Below, one piece after another: positions 35,549-45,009 of a stretch of 56,771 bases of DNA. The position numbers were made by a program, and so were the translations under genes. Origin of the DNA: Bryobacterales bacterium (GTDB taxonomy: Bacteria > Acidobacteriota > Terriglobia > Bryobacterales > Bryobacteraceae). The number at the start of each line of letters is the position of its first letter. The stretch's first letter is position 1. The stretch is from the NCBI GenBank assembly GCA_030693045.1, contig JAUYBU010000048.1:1-56771 (forward strand), given 5' to 3'. The notes below the pieces were generated by a model. The model did not search any database and was not told the DNA's origin. It saw only the letters and a program-made list of their open reading frames with translations.

Positions 35549-35728
35549 CCGCTCCCTGACGGTCGCGGCTCGGAATCGTGTTCCGAGCCGTGAGCGGGAG
35601 ACGGGACTGAGTCTATCCGCCCGGGCCTGGTACTTCCCTCGAGCGAAGGTCCCCGACACCGTGTATCGGCAACAGCCACTCGGCTGACTTACGAGCGCCT
35701 CCCACCGTGAGCGGGAGACGGGACTGAG
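35549..35728. repeat. REP-like element plus a 24-bp direct repeat
   Basis: CCGCTCCCTGACGGTCGCGGCTCGG at 35549-35573 has the same core as 11525-11549. It is followed by the partial inverted CCGAGCCG. CCGTGAGCGGGAGACGGGACTGAG occurs at 35588-35611 and again at 35705-35728. Confidence 0.8.
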
Positions 35729-35796
35729 ACTGAGACGATCCGCCAGGGTACGGCATTGCCGTCGCGGTCGGCGAATATCGGCGAGCCCCGCATCGG

Positions 35797-35898
35797 ATGG
35801 CGGTTGTGTACGAGAAAGGCGAAACTGAGATAATCACGATACATCCGCTGAGCCAGGCGGACGTTGAGAGCAAGCTCCGGAGCGGACGATGGAAATGA
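35797..35898 (+). pseudogene. possible DUF4258-like toxin remnant (C-terminal 33 codons only)
   Basis: MAVVYEKGETEIITIHPLSQADVESKLRSGRWK*. The stop overlaps the DUF2283 start by 10 nt. The frame is open back to 35732 but has no plausible full-length N-terminus, and the upstream DNA is repeat sequence. Confidence 0.3.
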
Positions 35899-36089
35899 CG
35901 GCGACAGAACCTGTTGTTCGGTACGATCCCGAATCCGATGTTCTTTACGTCGTGGCCGCGGCCGGCGAGGTCGCGCGTGCGGCTGAAGTCTCGCCTGGTG
36001 TGACCATCGAGTACAACGACAACGGGAACGTCATCGGCGTCGAGATCTTGCGCGCATCCCTGCATGCCAAGCAGGCCGGGGTGATCTGA
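35889..36089 (+). CDS. DUF2283 domain protein (antitoxin-like partner of DUF4258)
   Basis: 66 aa. VRYDPESDVLYVV...TIEYNDNGNVIGVEIL matches the DUF2283 pattern (YDxExDxLYI ... G.ivGiEi). Confidence 0.7.
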   Translation: MEMTATEPVVRYDPESDVLYVVAAAGEVARAAEVSPGVTIEYNDNGNVIGVEILRASLHAKQAGVI

Positions 36090-36097
36090 GATCCCAC

Positions 36098-38518
36098 TCA
36101 GCGCACGGCGTCCTCGACCTGGTCCAGCCAGTCCGGACGGCGCAGCACGTCGCGGGGGCGCGCGCCGTCGGGCGGGCCGATGATGCCTTCCCTCTGCATG
36201 ATGTCGAGGATGCGGGCGGCGCGGCCGTAGCCCAAACGCAGGCGGCGTTGCAGGGTGGAGGTGGACGCCTTGCCCATCTCGCAGACCACGCGGACGGCCT
36301 CTTCGTATAGCGGGTCGGTCTGGCCTTCGAACTCGCCCTCGCCGTCGTCCTCGGAGGGGTCGGGCGAAATCAGGAAGGTCTCGTCGTAGTCGGGCTGCGC
36401 CTGCTCCTTCCAGAAATCGACCACGCGGTTGATCTCGGCCTCGGTCACCAGCGCGCCATGCACGCGGGTGAGCCGCGACGAGCCCGGCGGCAGGAACAGC
36501 ATGTCGCCCTTGCCCAGCAGGTGTTCGGCGCCCATGACGTCGAGCACCGTGCGCGAGTCCACCCGGGTGGCCACGCGGAAGCTGATGCGCGCCGGGAAGT
36601 TGGCCTTGATCAAGCCGGTGATGACGTCGACGCTGGGCCGCTGCGTGGCCAGCACCAGGTGCATGCCGACGGCGCGCGCCATCTGCGCCAGGCGGCAGAC
36701 CGACTCCTCGACGTTGGCGCGCTCCACCATCATCAGGTCGGACAATTCGTCGATGAAAATGATCACGAACGGCAGCGGCTGAAGTTCTTCCTCCTCGATC
36801 TCGGTTTCCGGGAACAGGTTGCGCGGCTCCGCTTTCAGCCGCGCCACTTTGCGATTGAACTGCTCGATGTTGCGCACGCCTTGCGAGGCCAGCAGCTTCA
36901 ACCGCCGGTCCATCTCGAAGACCGCGTTGCGCAAGGCGTTGGAAGCCTTCTTGGAATCGGTGATGACCGGCGTGAGCAGGTGCGGAATCCCCTCGTAGAT
37001 GCCCAATTCGACGCGCTTCGGATCGATCATGATGATGCGCACTTCGTCGGGCGTGGTCTTGTAGAGGATCGACATGATCATCGAGTTGAGCATGACGCTC
37101 TTGCCCGCGCCGGTGGAGCCGGCGATCAACAGGTGCGGCATCGATTCCAGCGACGAGACGCGGATCCGCCCGGCGATGTCCTTGCCCAGCGAGAAGGTCA
37201 GCCGGCTGGGTGCATCCTGAAATTCGTCCGACTCGATCACCTGCCGCAGACAAATGATCTCGCGTTTCTTGTTCGGCACTTCCAGGCCCACGGTCGGTTT
37301 GCCCGGGATGCGCTCGATCAGAATCGATTCGGCCTGCAAGCCCAGGCACAGATCCTCGGTCAGCGTGATAATTCGGCTGTACTTGATGCCGGCTTCCGGC
37401 TTGAACTCGAAGGTGGTGACGACCGGGCCGGGATTGATCTGGGTGACCGAGCCGAGAACGTTGAACTCCTCGAACTTGGACTTGATGCGGGCGGCGATCT
37501 CCTGCAGTTCCGCGGTGTCATAGGGCGGCCGCCCCGAAGCTTCGTTGAGCAGATCGGTGGGCGGCCGCCGGAACGGTTTTCGAACTCGCGGCTTGCTGGC
37601 CGGCGCCGCCGCCACCGCGGTCGCCGGCATTTCCTGAACCGGAGCTTCTTCGGCGGCCTCGACAATCGGCGCAGACTGCTCGAGCGTCTCCGGTTCGGGG
37701 AGCCGTCCGGGTTGCTCGTCCAGAGCGTGAATCGGGATGGCCGCGGCCGCCGGTTCGGGTTCCTCCCAGGGCGGCTGATAGGCCGGGCCGTTGTAAGGCT
37801 CAGACCCAACCGAGGCGGACGCCGCGGCCGGCATCCCGGAAGGTTGCCGTTCGGCCTTGCGCCGGGCGCGCGCTTCGGCGCGGGCCGCGGCCTTGGCTTT
37901 TTCTTTCGCGGCTTTGCGGGCGCGGCGCGCGACGCCCCACGCGGTCCACCACTCTCCCACCTGGTGGATCCACTGCAACGGAGCGCCAACCCACGCCGGC
38001 AGGCTGGCCAGCGAAAACGACGAAACCAGGTACAGCGAGACGAAAAGGCAAACGGCGATCAGAATCGCCGCGCCGGCAAGATTCAGCTCTTCCACCAGGC
38101 CGCGGGCCATGAGCACGCCCACCGTGCCGCCGGCCGAGATTGCGCCGCCAAAGACGGTCCAGCCCGGGATCAGCGAGGCCGCCGTACACAGCGACGCAAG
38201 CAGAATGACCGAGCCCAGAACCTTCACCGGACTCGATTCAATGGTCTGGCAGCGGACCCACCGCCATGCCACCAGCAGGAACAGTACGGGCAACAGAAAG
38301 GCGGCCAGACCGAGCGTCTGGAGCGCGAAGTCGGCCCAGACGGCGCCCGGACGGCCGATCAGGTTGACCGCGCGCGGCGAACCCGTAGCCGTGTTCCAAG
38401 AAGGATCTTCAGGGTGATACGAGACCAGGCTCAGCGTCATCGCCAGCGCCAGTGCCAGGAAGACGACACCTGCAACTTCATTGAGCCGACCGTGCGAAGT
38501 CGGTCCTAAAAGCTTCAT
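36098..38518 (-). CDS. ftsK: DNA translocase FtsK
   Basis: 806 aa. N-terminal TM helices, a Pro/Ala-rich linker, Walker A GSTGAGKS, and a gamma winged-helix STSTLQRRLRLGYGRAARILDIM. Confidence 0.95.
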   Translation of the reverse strand: MKLLGPTSHGRLNEVAGVVFLALALAMTLSLVSYHPEDPSWNTATGSPRAVNLIGRPGAVWADFALQTLGLAAFLLPVLFLLVAWRWVRCQTIESSPVKVLGSVILLASLCTAASLIPGWTVFGGAISAGGTVGVLMARGLVEELNLAGAAILIAVCLFVSLYLVSSFSLASLPAWVGAPLQWIHQVGEWWTAWGVARRARKAAKEKAKAAARAEARARRKAERQPSGMPAAASASVGSEPYNGPAYQPPWEEPEPAAAAIPIHALDEQPGRLPEPETLEQSAPIVEAAEEAPVQEMPATAVAAAPASKPRVRKPFRRPPTDLLNEASGRPPYDTAELQEIAARIKSKFEEFNVLGSVTQINPGPVVTTFEFKPEAGIKYSRIITLTEDLCLGLQAESILIERIPGKPTVGLEVPNKKREIICLRQVIESDEFQDAPSRLTFSLGKDIAGRIRVSSLESMPHLLIAGSTGAGKSVMLNSMIMSILYKTTPDEVRIIMIDPKRVELGIYEGIPHLLTPVITDSKKASNALRNAVFEMDRRLKLLASQGVRNIEQFNRKVARLKAEPRNLFPETEIEEEELQPLPFVIIFIDELSDLMMVERANVEESVCRLAQMARAVGMHLVLATQRPSVDVITGLIKANFPARISFRVATRVDSRTVLDVMGAEHLLGKGDMLFLPPGSSRLTRVHGALVTEAEINRVVDFWKEQAQPDYDETFLISPDPSEDDGEGEFEGQTDPLYEEAVRVVCEMGKASTSTLQRRLRLGYGRAARILDIMQREGIIGPPDGARPRDVLRRPDWLDQVEDAVR

Positions 38519-38524
38519 TGCCGC

Positions 38525-39343
38525 TCAGGGGCGGACGAAGATAGCCAGGGCAATTACTATTATGCCAAAAAAAATCCGATAGTAAATGAAGAAGTTGAGG
38601 TTGTGCCGGCGGAGGAAGTTGAGCAGGAACCCAATCACCAGGCAGCCGGTCACCGCGCTGACGGTCATGCCGATGGCAAACGGCGCCACTTCGATCCGGC
38701 CGCCGTGCTTGTGGACATCCCAGAACGCCTTGAACGCCGCGGCGGCGATGGCGGGCGTCGAGAGCAGGAACGAGAATCGCGCGGCGGCTTCGCGGTTCAG
38801 GTTCCGGAACAGCCCGGCGGTGATGGTGATCCCGCTGCGCGAGGTGCCGGGCACGATGGCCAGCGCCTGCGAAACGCCGATGATCATTGCATCCAGAAAG
38901 GAAACCGAGCCCACGTCTTTGCCGCCGCGTCCGACTTTCTCGGCCACCCACATGAGGATGCCAACCCCGATCAGCATCGAGCCGATCAGGACGTGATTCA
39001 CCCGCAGCGTTTCTTCGGCCAGATCTTTGAAGGCGTAGCCCAGCACGCCGATGGGCAGCGAGGCGGCGGCCAGCATCCACAACATTCGGGGGCTCTTCTT
39101 GAGTTCGGCGTTGCCGCCCCAGTCCCGGCCGAAAGCCTGCGCGGTCAACTGCACCCAGTCGCGGAAGAAGTACGCCAGCACCGCGGCGAGCGTGCCGAAG
39201 TGCAGTGCGATGTCGAAGGTCAGACCCTGATCTTTCCAGCCGAAAAGCCACGGGGCCAGCGCCAGATGGGCGGAACTGCTGATGGGGAGAAACTCGGTCA
39301 GGCCCTGCACTATGGCCAGGATCACGATCTGCAGTAGAGGCAT
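38525..39343 (-). CDS. uppP: undecaprenyl-diphosphate phosphatase
   Basis: 272 aa. LTEFLPISSSAHL and PGTSRSGITI are BacA/UppP motifs. Confidence 0.95.
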   Translation of the reverse strand: MPLLQIVILAIVQGLTEFLPISSSAHLALAPWLFGWKDQGLTFDIALHFGTLAAVLAYFFRDWVQLTAQAFGRDWGGNAELKKSPRMLWMLAAASLPIGVLGYAFKDLAEETLRVNHVLIGSMLIGVGILMWVAEKVGRGGKDVGSVSFLDAMIIGVSQALAIVPGTSRSGITITAGLFRNLNREAAARFSFLLSTPAIAAAAFKAFWDVHKHGGRIEVAPFAIGMTVSAVTGCLVIGFLLNFLRRHNLNFFIYYRIFFGIIVIALAIFVRP

Positions 39344-39401
39344 GGTTGGGCTTAAGCCATGGTAGCGCAGGATGACGCGGGAGGCTGAGAAACGGCGCCC
39401 C

Positions 39402-41333
39402 TCAGTAGCTCGCCGCGCCTTTCAGGTCCACCACGGCTTCGGTTATCTGGCCCAGGTACTTGCCGTCGGCGACCACGTCGGCGGCGATGGCGAAGCGCGT
39501 GGCGTGCGGCGTCCAACTCTTGGGAATCGCGATGCTGACGCCCTGCTCGCCGGCCGAATTGGCTGGCACCTCAAACTTCACGACGCCGGGCTCGATCTTC
39601 CATTCCGGCGGCGTCACCAGCGCCACCTCGATTTTCATCGGCGACGGTTTGTAGTTCTGCGCGTGAACTCGCAGTCGGAGCGTTTCACCGGGCGCCGCCA
39701 GAACCTGGTACGGATACAGGCGGACCCAGCTCGGGTCGAGGCCGAAGTTGGTCATCCCATCGGGCAACAGGTCGGAGAAGAACTGCTGCTGCCGGCGAAG
39801 GTTCTTCTCGGTGGCCAGCATCATTTCCTTGGTCACCGCGTACGGCCGGCCGTGTCCGGGCGCGATCAGCGCGGGCTCGCGCTCGATCAGGTTGCGGATC
39901 GACTTCACGTGGCTGTCGCTTTCGACGTGGTTGCGGAAGATAAGGTTGTGCCGCATGACGCCGTCCTTGCGCCCGCTGTCGAAAAACGCGTCTCCGGTGA
40001 AGGCCACCCGGTTGCCGTCGATGACGCCGAACATGGCCATCTGATATTCGGTGTGGCCGGGCGAGTGCGTGACCTCGAACTCGAACTCCTCCCAGCGGAA
40101 CTTCTCGCCGTGCCGGAACGTGCGCGACACCTTGAACGGCTCGCTGAGAATGCACCCCAGGTTGTAGCCGCGAGGGTTCTTGAAGACGTCCACCATGTTC
40201 TCGTAGCACCAGACCTTGGCTCCATGCCGGCGGATCAGGTGTGGGAAACCGTTGACGTGATCGTCGTGCATGTGGCTGGGCATCACCACGTCGATGGACT
40301 TCAATCCGAAGCCGCGCTTCAACTCGTCGATGGAATGTTCGACGAAGCGGATGCGGTCGGTCACCGCGGTGGCGCGCTCGAAGTTGCCGAAGTGTACGCC
40401 GGAAGCCGAACCGTAGTCGATGAACAGCGCCTTGCCGCTGTCGCTGATAATCGCATAGAACGAGGAGGTCGTCTGGTAGTGCGCCACCAGGTGCGGCGAG
40501 ACCGCGAAGGGCTTGTTCTGGGCGCTGGGCGGGTTGTTGTTCTGGAAGCGGTAGTAGTCGGTGAGCCGGCTGGAGGTGGCCTGGATGGCCGGTGCCGGGT
40601 CCGTCATCGGCTCGCCGTGCGAGGGGCAAAGCAGAGCCGGTTTTTGCTCCGCCAAGCGGTCGAGCGAATAGATGCCCAGGTCCACGCCTTCGGCGCCCCC
40701 GTAGTTCACCTGCGTGTCGAACAGCGTCTGGATCTTGCCGGGCGCGTAGATCAGGTCGCCGGTGAACGCCGTCAATCGGCCGTCAACCGTCGCCAGCAGG
40801 CTGATGGAGCCGAGCGTGTGCCCGGGCGTCGGCAGGATGAAGAAGTCGGTATTGCGCCAGCGGAAGGTCGAGTAATCGGCCAGCGCCCTGGCAACTCGCA
40901 CGTTGCGCGTCAGCGTGTAGAAGTCGTTACGAACATAGTAGAGGTGAAACGCGCGGCGATTGCGCCAGTAGTTTTCGGCGTCGCTGAACAGGTGTTTCTC
41001 GTGCGCCGGGACGGCGATGGGAATGCCTCTTGCGTTTGCCTTGTGATCTCCCTGGCACTGGTCGCGGTGGTGATGCGTGTGCAGGATGAAATCGATTTTG
41101 GAGATCCCGAGCGCGGGAAGGTGATCCAGGATCCTGCCGCTTCCGAAATCGATCAGGACGCAATTTACGCCGTCCTTAATCACATATACATTGCAGGTGT
41201 CCTCGAACATCCAGAGGTTGCCGGTGATCTGGCGCGGCTTCACGGCGGGTGCGAACCCGGTGGAAGGAGCGGTGGGGGCGGCTCCAGCAACCGCCGCCGA
41301 TTCGAGAAAATCTCGACGGGTGGTCTGGCTCAT
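39402..41333 (-). CDS. tandem MBL-fold metallo-hydrolase with C-terminal beta-sandwich, Tat signal
   Basis: MSQTTRRDFLESAAVAGAAP signal. Two HxHxDH-type motifs (HTHHHRDQ and SHMHDDHVNG) are separated by about 280 aa. Confidence 0.8.
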   Translation of the reverse strand: MSQTTRRDFLESAAVAGAAPTAPSTGFAPAVKPRQITGNLWMFEDTCNVYVIKDGVNCVLIDFGSGRILDHLPALGISKIDFILHTHHHRDQCQGDHKANARGIPIAVPAHEKHLFSDAENYWRNRRAFHLYYVRNDFYTLTRNVRVARALADYSTFRWRNTDFFILPTPGHTLGSISLLATVDGRLTAFTGDLIYAPGKIQTLFDTQVNYGGAEGVDLGIYSLDRLAEQKPALLCPSHGEPMTDPAPAIQATSSRLTDYYRFQNNNPPSAQNKPFAVSPHLVAHYQTTSSFYAIISDSGKALFIDYGSASGVHFGNFERATAVTDRIRFVEHSIDELKRGFGLKSIDVVMPSHMHDDHVNGFPHLIRRHGAKVWCYENMVDVFKNPRGYNLGCILSEPFKVSRTFRHGEKFRWEEFEFEVTHSPGHTEYQMAMFGVIDGNRVAFTGDAFFDSGRKDGVMRHNLIFRNHVESDSHVKSIRNLIEREPALIAPGHGRPYAVTKEMMLATEKNLRRQQQFFSDLLPDGMTNFGLDPSWVRLYPYQVLAAPGETLRLRVHAQNYKPSPMKIEVALVTPPEWKIEPGVVKFEVPANSAGEQGVSIAIPKSWTPHATRFAIAADVVADGKYLGQITEAVVDLKGAASY

Positions 41334-41383
41334 AGCGCCATCTATTGTATTCCCTCTGTTAGCATCAACGTTGGAGCCTGATC

Positions 41384-42625
41384 ATGACCTCCCGCGAACG
41401 CGTTCTCGCCGCCATCGCTCACAAGGAGCCGGATCGCTTGCCGATCGACCAGGGATCGATGCGCTCGACCGGCATCATGGCCATCGCCTACAACCGGCTC
41501 AGCGAGCACCTTCGGATCGGCGGGCCGCCGGCCCGGCTGTATGACCTGGTGCAGCAGTTGGCGCAGCCCGACGACTGGTACCTGGAGCGGTTCCATGTCG
41601 ACGCGGTAGACCTCGGCCGCGCTTTCGAGCCGCGCGAAAGCTGGCAGCCGTGGACCTTGCCCGATGGCAGCCAGGCGCTGGCTCCGGGCTGGTTCCGGGC
41701 CGAACGCGAAAATGGCGCGACGATCTGCCGCGACGCCGCCGGGATCGTCATCGGACGCATGCCTGACGGCGCATTGTACATCGACCAGGCCGTCTGGCCG
41801 CTCTCCGGGCCCGGCGGCCTGGACGCCTGCGAGCCGCTGCCGGAGAAGATGGCGCAAGTCATCTGGGCGGCGTTGCCGACTGCGCCGTTCGACTGGCCGC
41901 TCACCAGCGAGCGCCTCGACGAAGTCGCACTGGCCGCGCGCCGCTTTCACGATTCCACCGACCGCGCCGTCTCGGTGGCCGTCGGATGCAACCTGCTCGA
42001 GTGGAGCCAATTCCTGTTCGGGATGGAAAACACGTTCGCTTACATGGCGGGCGAGAAACGCAAATTCGCCAGTTTCCTGGACCGGCTGACGGAACTCCAC
42101 CTGGAGAACCTGCGGCGCCTGCTGCCCTGCCTGCGCGGGGCGATCGACATCCTGGTGGTGGGCGACGATCTGGGCATGCAGAGCGGGCCGCAGATGTCGC
42201 GCGCCATGTATCGCGAGCTGTTTTTCCCGCGCCACCGGCGCATTTACGAGTATGCAAAACGCGAAAGCGGCGCCCATCTGTTCATGCACAACTGCGGCGG
42301 CATCTACGAGCTGATCCCGGACCTGATCGAAGCCGGCGTCGAAATCTTCAACCCCGTGCAAACATCCGCCCGGCGCATGGAGCCCGAGCGGCTCAAGCGG
42401 GAATTCGGGCGCGACTGCACTTTCTGGGGCGGCGGTTGCGACACCCAGCAGATCCTGCCAAAGGGAACGCCGGGGCAGGTTCGCGACGACGTGCGGCGGC
42501 GCATCGACACATTCGCGCCGGGCGGCGGTTTCGTGTGGGCTCCGGTGCACAACATCCTGGCCGACGTGCCGCCGGAAAACATCGTCGCGATGCTGGATGC
42601 CGCTTACGAATTTGGCTCAGGCTGA
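41384..42625 (+). CDS. uroporphyrinogen decarboxylase (URO-D) family protein (MtaA/CmuA-like)
   Basis: 413 aa. N-terminal MTSRERVLAAIAHKEPDRLPID and overall layout are typical of URO-D-fold methyltransferase/decarboxylase homologs. Specific function is unknown. Confidence 0.75.
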   Translation: MTSRERVLAAIAHKEPDRLPIDQGSMRSTGIMAIAYNRLSEHLRIGGPPARLYDLVQQLAQPDDWYLERFHVDAVDLGRAFEPRESWQPWTLPDGSQALAPGWFRAERENGATICRDAAGIVIGRMPDGALYIDQAVWPLSGPGGLDACEPLPEKMAQVIWAALPTAPFDWPLTSERLDEVALAARRFHDSTDRAVSVAVGCNLLEWSQFLFGMENTFAYMAGEKRKFASFLDRLTELHLENLRRLLPCLRGAIDILVVGDDLGMQSGPQMSRAMYRELFFPRHRRIYEYAKRESGAHLFMHNCGGIYELIPDLIEAGVEIFNPVQTSARRMEPERLKREFGRDCTFWGGGCDTQQILPKGTPGQVRDDVRRRIDTFAPGGGFVWAPVHNILADVPPENIVAMLDAAYEFGSG

Positions 42626-42649
42626 CGTGTGCCACAGGTGTGGCACACG
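42626..42649. terminator. bidirectional hairpin between convergent genes
   Basis: CGTGTGCCACA-GG-TGTGGCACACG is a perfect 11-nt-arm palindrome. It starts 1 nt after the URO-D-family stop and ends 6 nt before the PBP stop. Confidence 0.5.
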
Positions 42650-42655
42650 CTTCCG

Positions 42656-43846
42656 TTAGTCGCCGCAGCAAGTCGGCGCGCTGACCAGCGGACGGGAGGC
42701 GCGAAGCGAGTAGTTGTGCCGCGCCAGTTCGGCATAGACCTTGCCGGCAATACCCGAGGCAATGGGGCCGCTGACGCCCCGGGCACCGGTCAGCATCACC
42801 ACCACCACCAGTTTCCGGTTGCCGATTTCGTTGAAGGAACCGAACCAGCCCATGTGCGCGCCCCTGGCGTAGTCGGTGCAAGTGCCGGTCTTGCCGTAAA
42901 TCGGCTCGCTGGCCCGATAGGCGGCGCGGCGCGCGGTGCCTCGCTCGACGGCGGCGCGCATTCCCTGCTTCAACTCGCCGAGCCAGTCGGCGATGCCGAG
43001 ATCCCGCTTGACCCGTGGCGTGAGGCCGGCAAGCTCCTGCGGCGTGCGCGGGTATTGCAGGTAGTACAGCGTCCCGCCGTTGGCCACGGCGCCGACCAGC
43101 GCGGCCAATTGCAGCGGCGTGAGCGAGATGCCGGAACCGAAGCTGGTCATCATCCCGACTCCGCCGTCGCGCGGCGGCGCCGACGGCAGAACGCCGGGCT
43201 GCTCACCGGCGATGTTCCAGCCTGCGTTCTCGCCCAGGCCGAGCAAGCGGGCGTGGCGCGTCACGCGGTCGAAACCGAGCTTCTTGCCAAGCGCGGCGAA
43301 GTAGCCGTTGGTCGAGTGCGCTATGGCATAGACCAGGCTGGATAGCGCCTTGGTTGTGAGCCGGAACGGGCCGCTGGTCGGGATCGCTTCTTCCTGCAAT
43401 GCGGCCAGCGTGGTCACCAGTTTGACGGTCGAGCACGGCTGGTAGCCGCTCGAAAGCGCCAGTTTCTGGTTGACGATGCTGAGAACCCGGCCGTTGTCCG
43501 GGTCGGTGACGACGACGGTCCCGTTGTAGGCCCCCAGGCCGGCGACGGCGGCGCGGCGGACGTCCAGGTCTTCGCCGTCCACGTTGTCTTCGGCCGTGGA
43601 GTCGGCAAACGTGGGTTCCTTCCAAGGCCCGCGGTAGGTCGCCGGCTGAGCCGGTTTGCGCTTTGCCGGCGTGCGCTTCTTCGCCTTCCGGGGCGGCGTT
43701 TTCGGTCTGGACGAATGCGCCACCACCGGCGGGCGGCTCGGCGGCCGGCTCGCTGGCTTCGCGGGGGCGGCCGCCCGGGCGGCGATACAAAAACTCAACA
43801 GAATGAATAAAACAAGGGATCTTCGCATTGTTTCGGGCAAAGACAA
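42656..43846 (-). CDS. penicillin-binding protein transpeptidase-domain protein
   Basis: SxxK (STVK), SxN (STN) and KTG (GKTGTC) motifs in the right order. Signal peptide and a Lys/Pro-rich linker. The start could instead be the internal ATG at 43828. Confidence 0.75.
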   Translation of the reverse strand: MSLPETMRRSLVLFILLSFCIAARAAAPAKPASRPPSRPPVVAHSSRPKTPPRKAKKRTPAKRKPAQPATYRGPWKEPTFADSTAEDNVDGEDLDVRRAAVAGLGAYNGTVVVTDPDNGRVLSIVNQKLALSSGYQPCSTVKLVTTLAALQEEAIPTSGPFRLTTKALSSLVYAIAHSTNGYFAALGKKLGFDRVTRHARLLGLGENAGWNIAGEQPGVLPSAPPRDGGVGMMTSFGSGISLTPLQLAALVGAVANGGTLYYLQYPRTPQELAGLTPRVKRDLGIADWLGELKQGMRAAVERGTARRAAYRASEPIYGKTGTCTDYARGAHMGWFGSFNEIGNRKLVVVVMLTGARGVSGPIASGIAGKVYAELARHNYSLRASRPLVSAPTCCGD

Positions 43847-43991
43847 AACCTCACTCGGCCAATTCCGGAGGGATTCAAACCGGGGTCAGCTTGCGAGTTT
43901 CAGGATAGCCGGGCCTTATCATTATGGACGAGTCACACCGCCGAGTCAATCATTTTCTGACGTTTTTGTTGTATCGCCGCCGCCCCCGGTC

Positions 43992-44846
43992 TTAGGGCAG
44001 CTTAATTTCAACGCTGGAGCGGACCTTGTCCATCCACGCGCGCCAGCGCTGGTCCTTGAGTTCGGTGTAGAGATCGCTTTTGACCTGCTCGTAGGTTTGG
44101 GTGTCGCTTTCATCCACCCGGAAGATGTAGAAGCCGTTGGGGAGGCGGAGGGGTCCCACTATGGCGCCGGCTTTGGCCCCGAGCACGGCTTTCTTGATCT
44201 CCTCCGGATAGTTGTCGACGCCGCGAATGGTTCCGAAGTCGCCGTCCTTGGCAACCGATTCGGCGTGCTCGGAGTGCTGTTTGACGAGTGCGACAAAGTC
44301 GGCGCCCGCCCGGAGTTCCCGGACCAGTTTCTCCGCCTTGGCCAGCGCCTCCGCCTCAGACATGATCTTGGCGCCTTTCGGGTCGACCGGTTTGGGCGGG
44401 TTCGCCATGAACGGCAAATAGATCACCTTGACCTTTGCCGAAGCGAATCGGCTCCGGTTGTCGTCGTAGTACTTGCGCTGTTCATCCGGCATAACGTCGA
44501 GCTGGGAGTACCCGGCGGTCAACTGGCCTTCGGCGAGGATCTGCATACGGATGAGGCGAAGGCGTTCGCGCTGCGGACTTTGCTGGTCGAGTTTGGCGGC
44601 CTCGGCCAGCCCGGCCAGCCGCTGGATGAAGCCGTAGTAGCGGAGCAACTCCATCGGATTCTTCTTCAGCGTTTCCTGCAACGCCGGCGCGGAACTCGTC
44701 ACCACATGTTGCAGTTCCGCCGCCGTCACTTTCACGCCGTCGACGATGCCGATCACCGTCTCCGGAGGAACCTTCATGGGGTCGGCCGGCGTCTGGGCCC
44801 ACAGGCAGCCGCCCAGCAAAATCGGCAAGCACAGAATCTTTCGCAT
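43992..44846 (-). CDS. peptidyl-prolyl cis-trans isomerase (SurA/PrsA-like, parvulin domain)
   Basis: 284 aa. Signal peptide MRKILCLPILLGGCLWA (possible lipobox). SurA-N-like helical region, then parvulin-like ...GDFGTIRG... Confidence 0.75.
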   Translation of the reverse strand: MRKILCLPILLGGCLWAQTPADPMKVPPETVIGIVDGVKVTAAELQHVVTSSAPALQETLKKNPMELLRYYGFIQRLAGLAEAAKLDQQSPQRERLRLIRMQILAEGQLTAGYSQLDVMPDEQRKYYDDNRSRFASAKVKVIYLPFMANPPKPVDPKGAKIMSEAEALAKAEKLVRELRAGADFVALVKQHSEHAESVAKDGDFGTIRGVDNYPEEIKKAVLGAKAGAIVGPLRLPNGFYIFRVDESDTQTYEQVKSDLYTELKDQRWRAWMDKVRSSVEIKLP

Positions 44847-45009
44847 CTACCTCTATGATTTCCCGAAACGGGGCTCCCAGTCAAAGAGGCGGGCCAGCCG
44901 CCAGCGGTTTCGAAAAGTCGGGGACGGACACTGGCGGGCGGCGCTCAGCGGGCCGGCGGCGGGCGGGCCGCCAACCCCGGCCGCGCACTGGGATATCCTG
45001 GTGGAGGCG

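Noticed and set aside
35588-35728. 24-bp direct repeats as att sites or tRNA 3'-end duplication from an integrated element
   Set aside because: GGGAGACGGGACTGAG superficially resembles a tRNA T-arm reverse complement. However, no cloverleaf can be built, no tRNA gene or integrase is nearby, and only 93 bp lie between the copies. It is better explained as part of the REP-like repeat cluster.
36458-38509. 683-aa plus-strand ORF
   Set aside because: It is antisense to ftsK, which is unambiguous (Walker A and the gamma domain).
39372-41381. 669-aa plus-strand ORF
   Set aside because: It is antisense to the tandem MBL hydrolase gene, which has a Tat signal and metal motifs. The plus-strand product is low-complexity.
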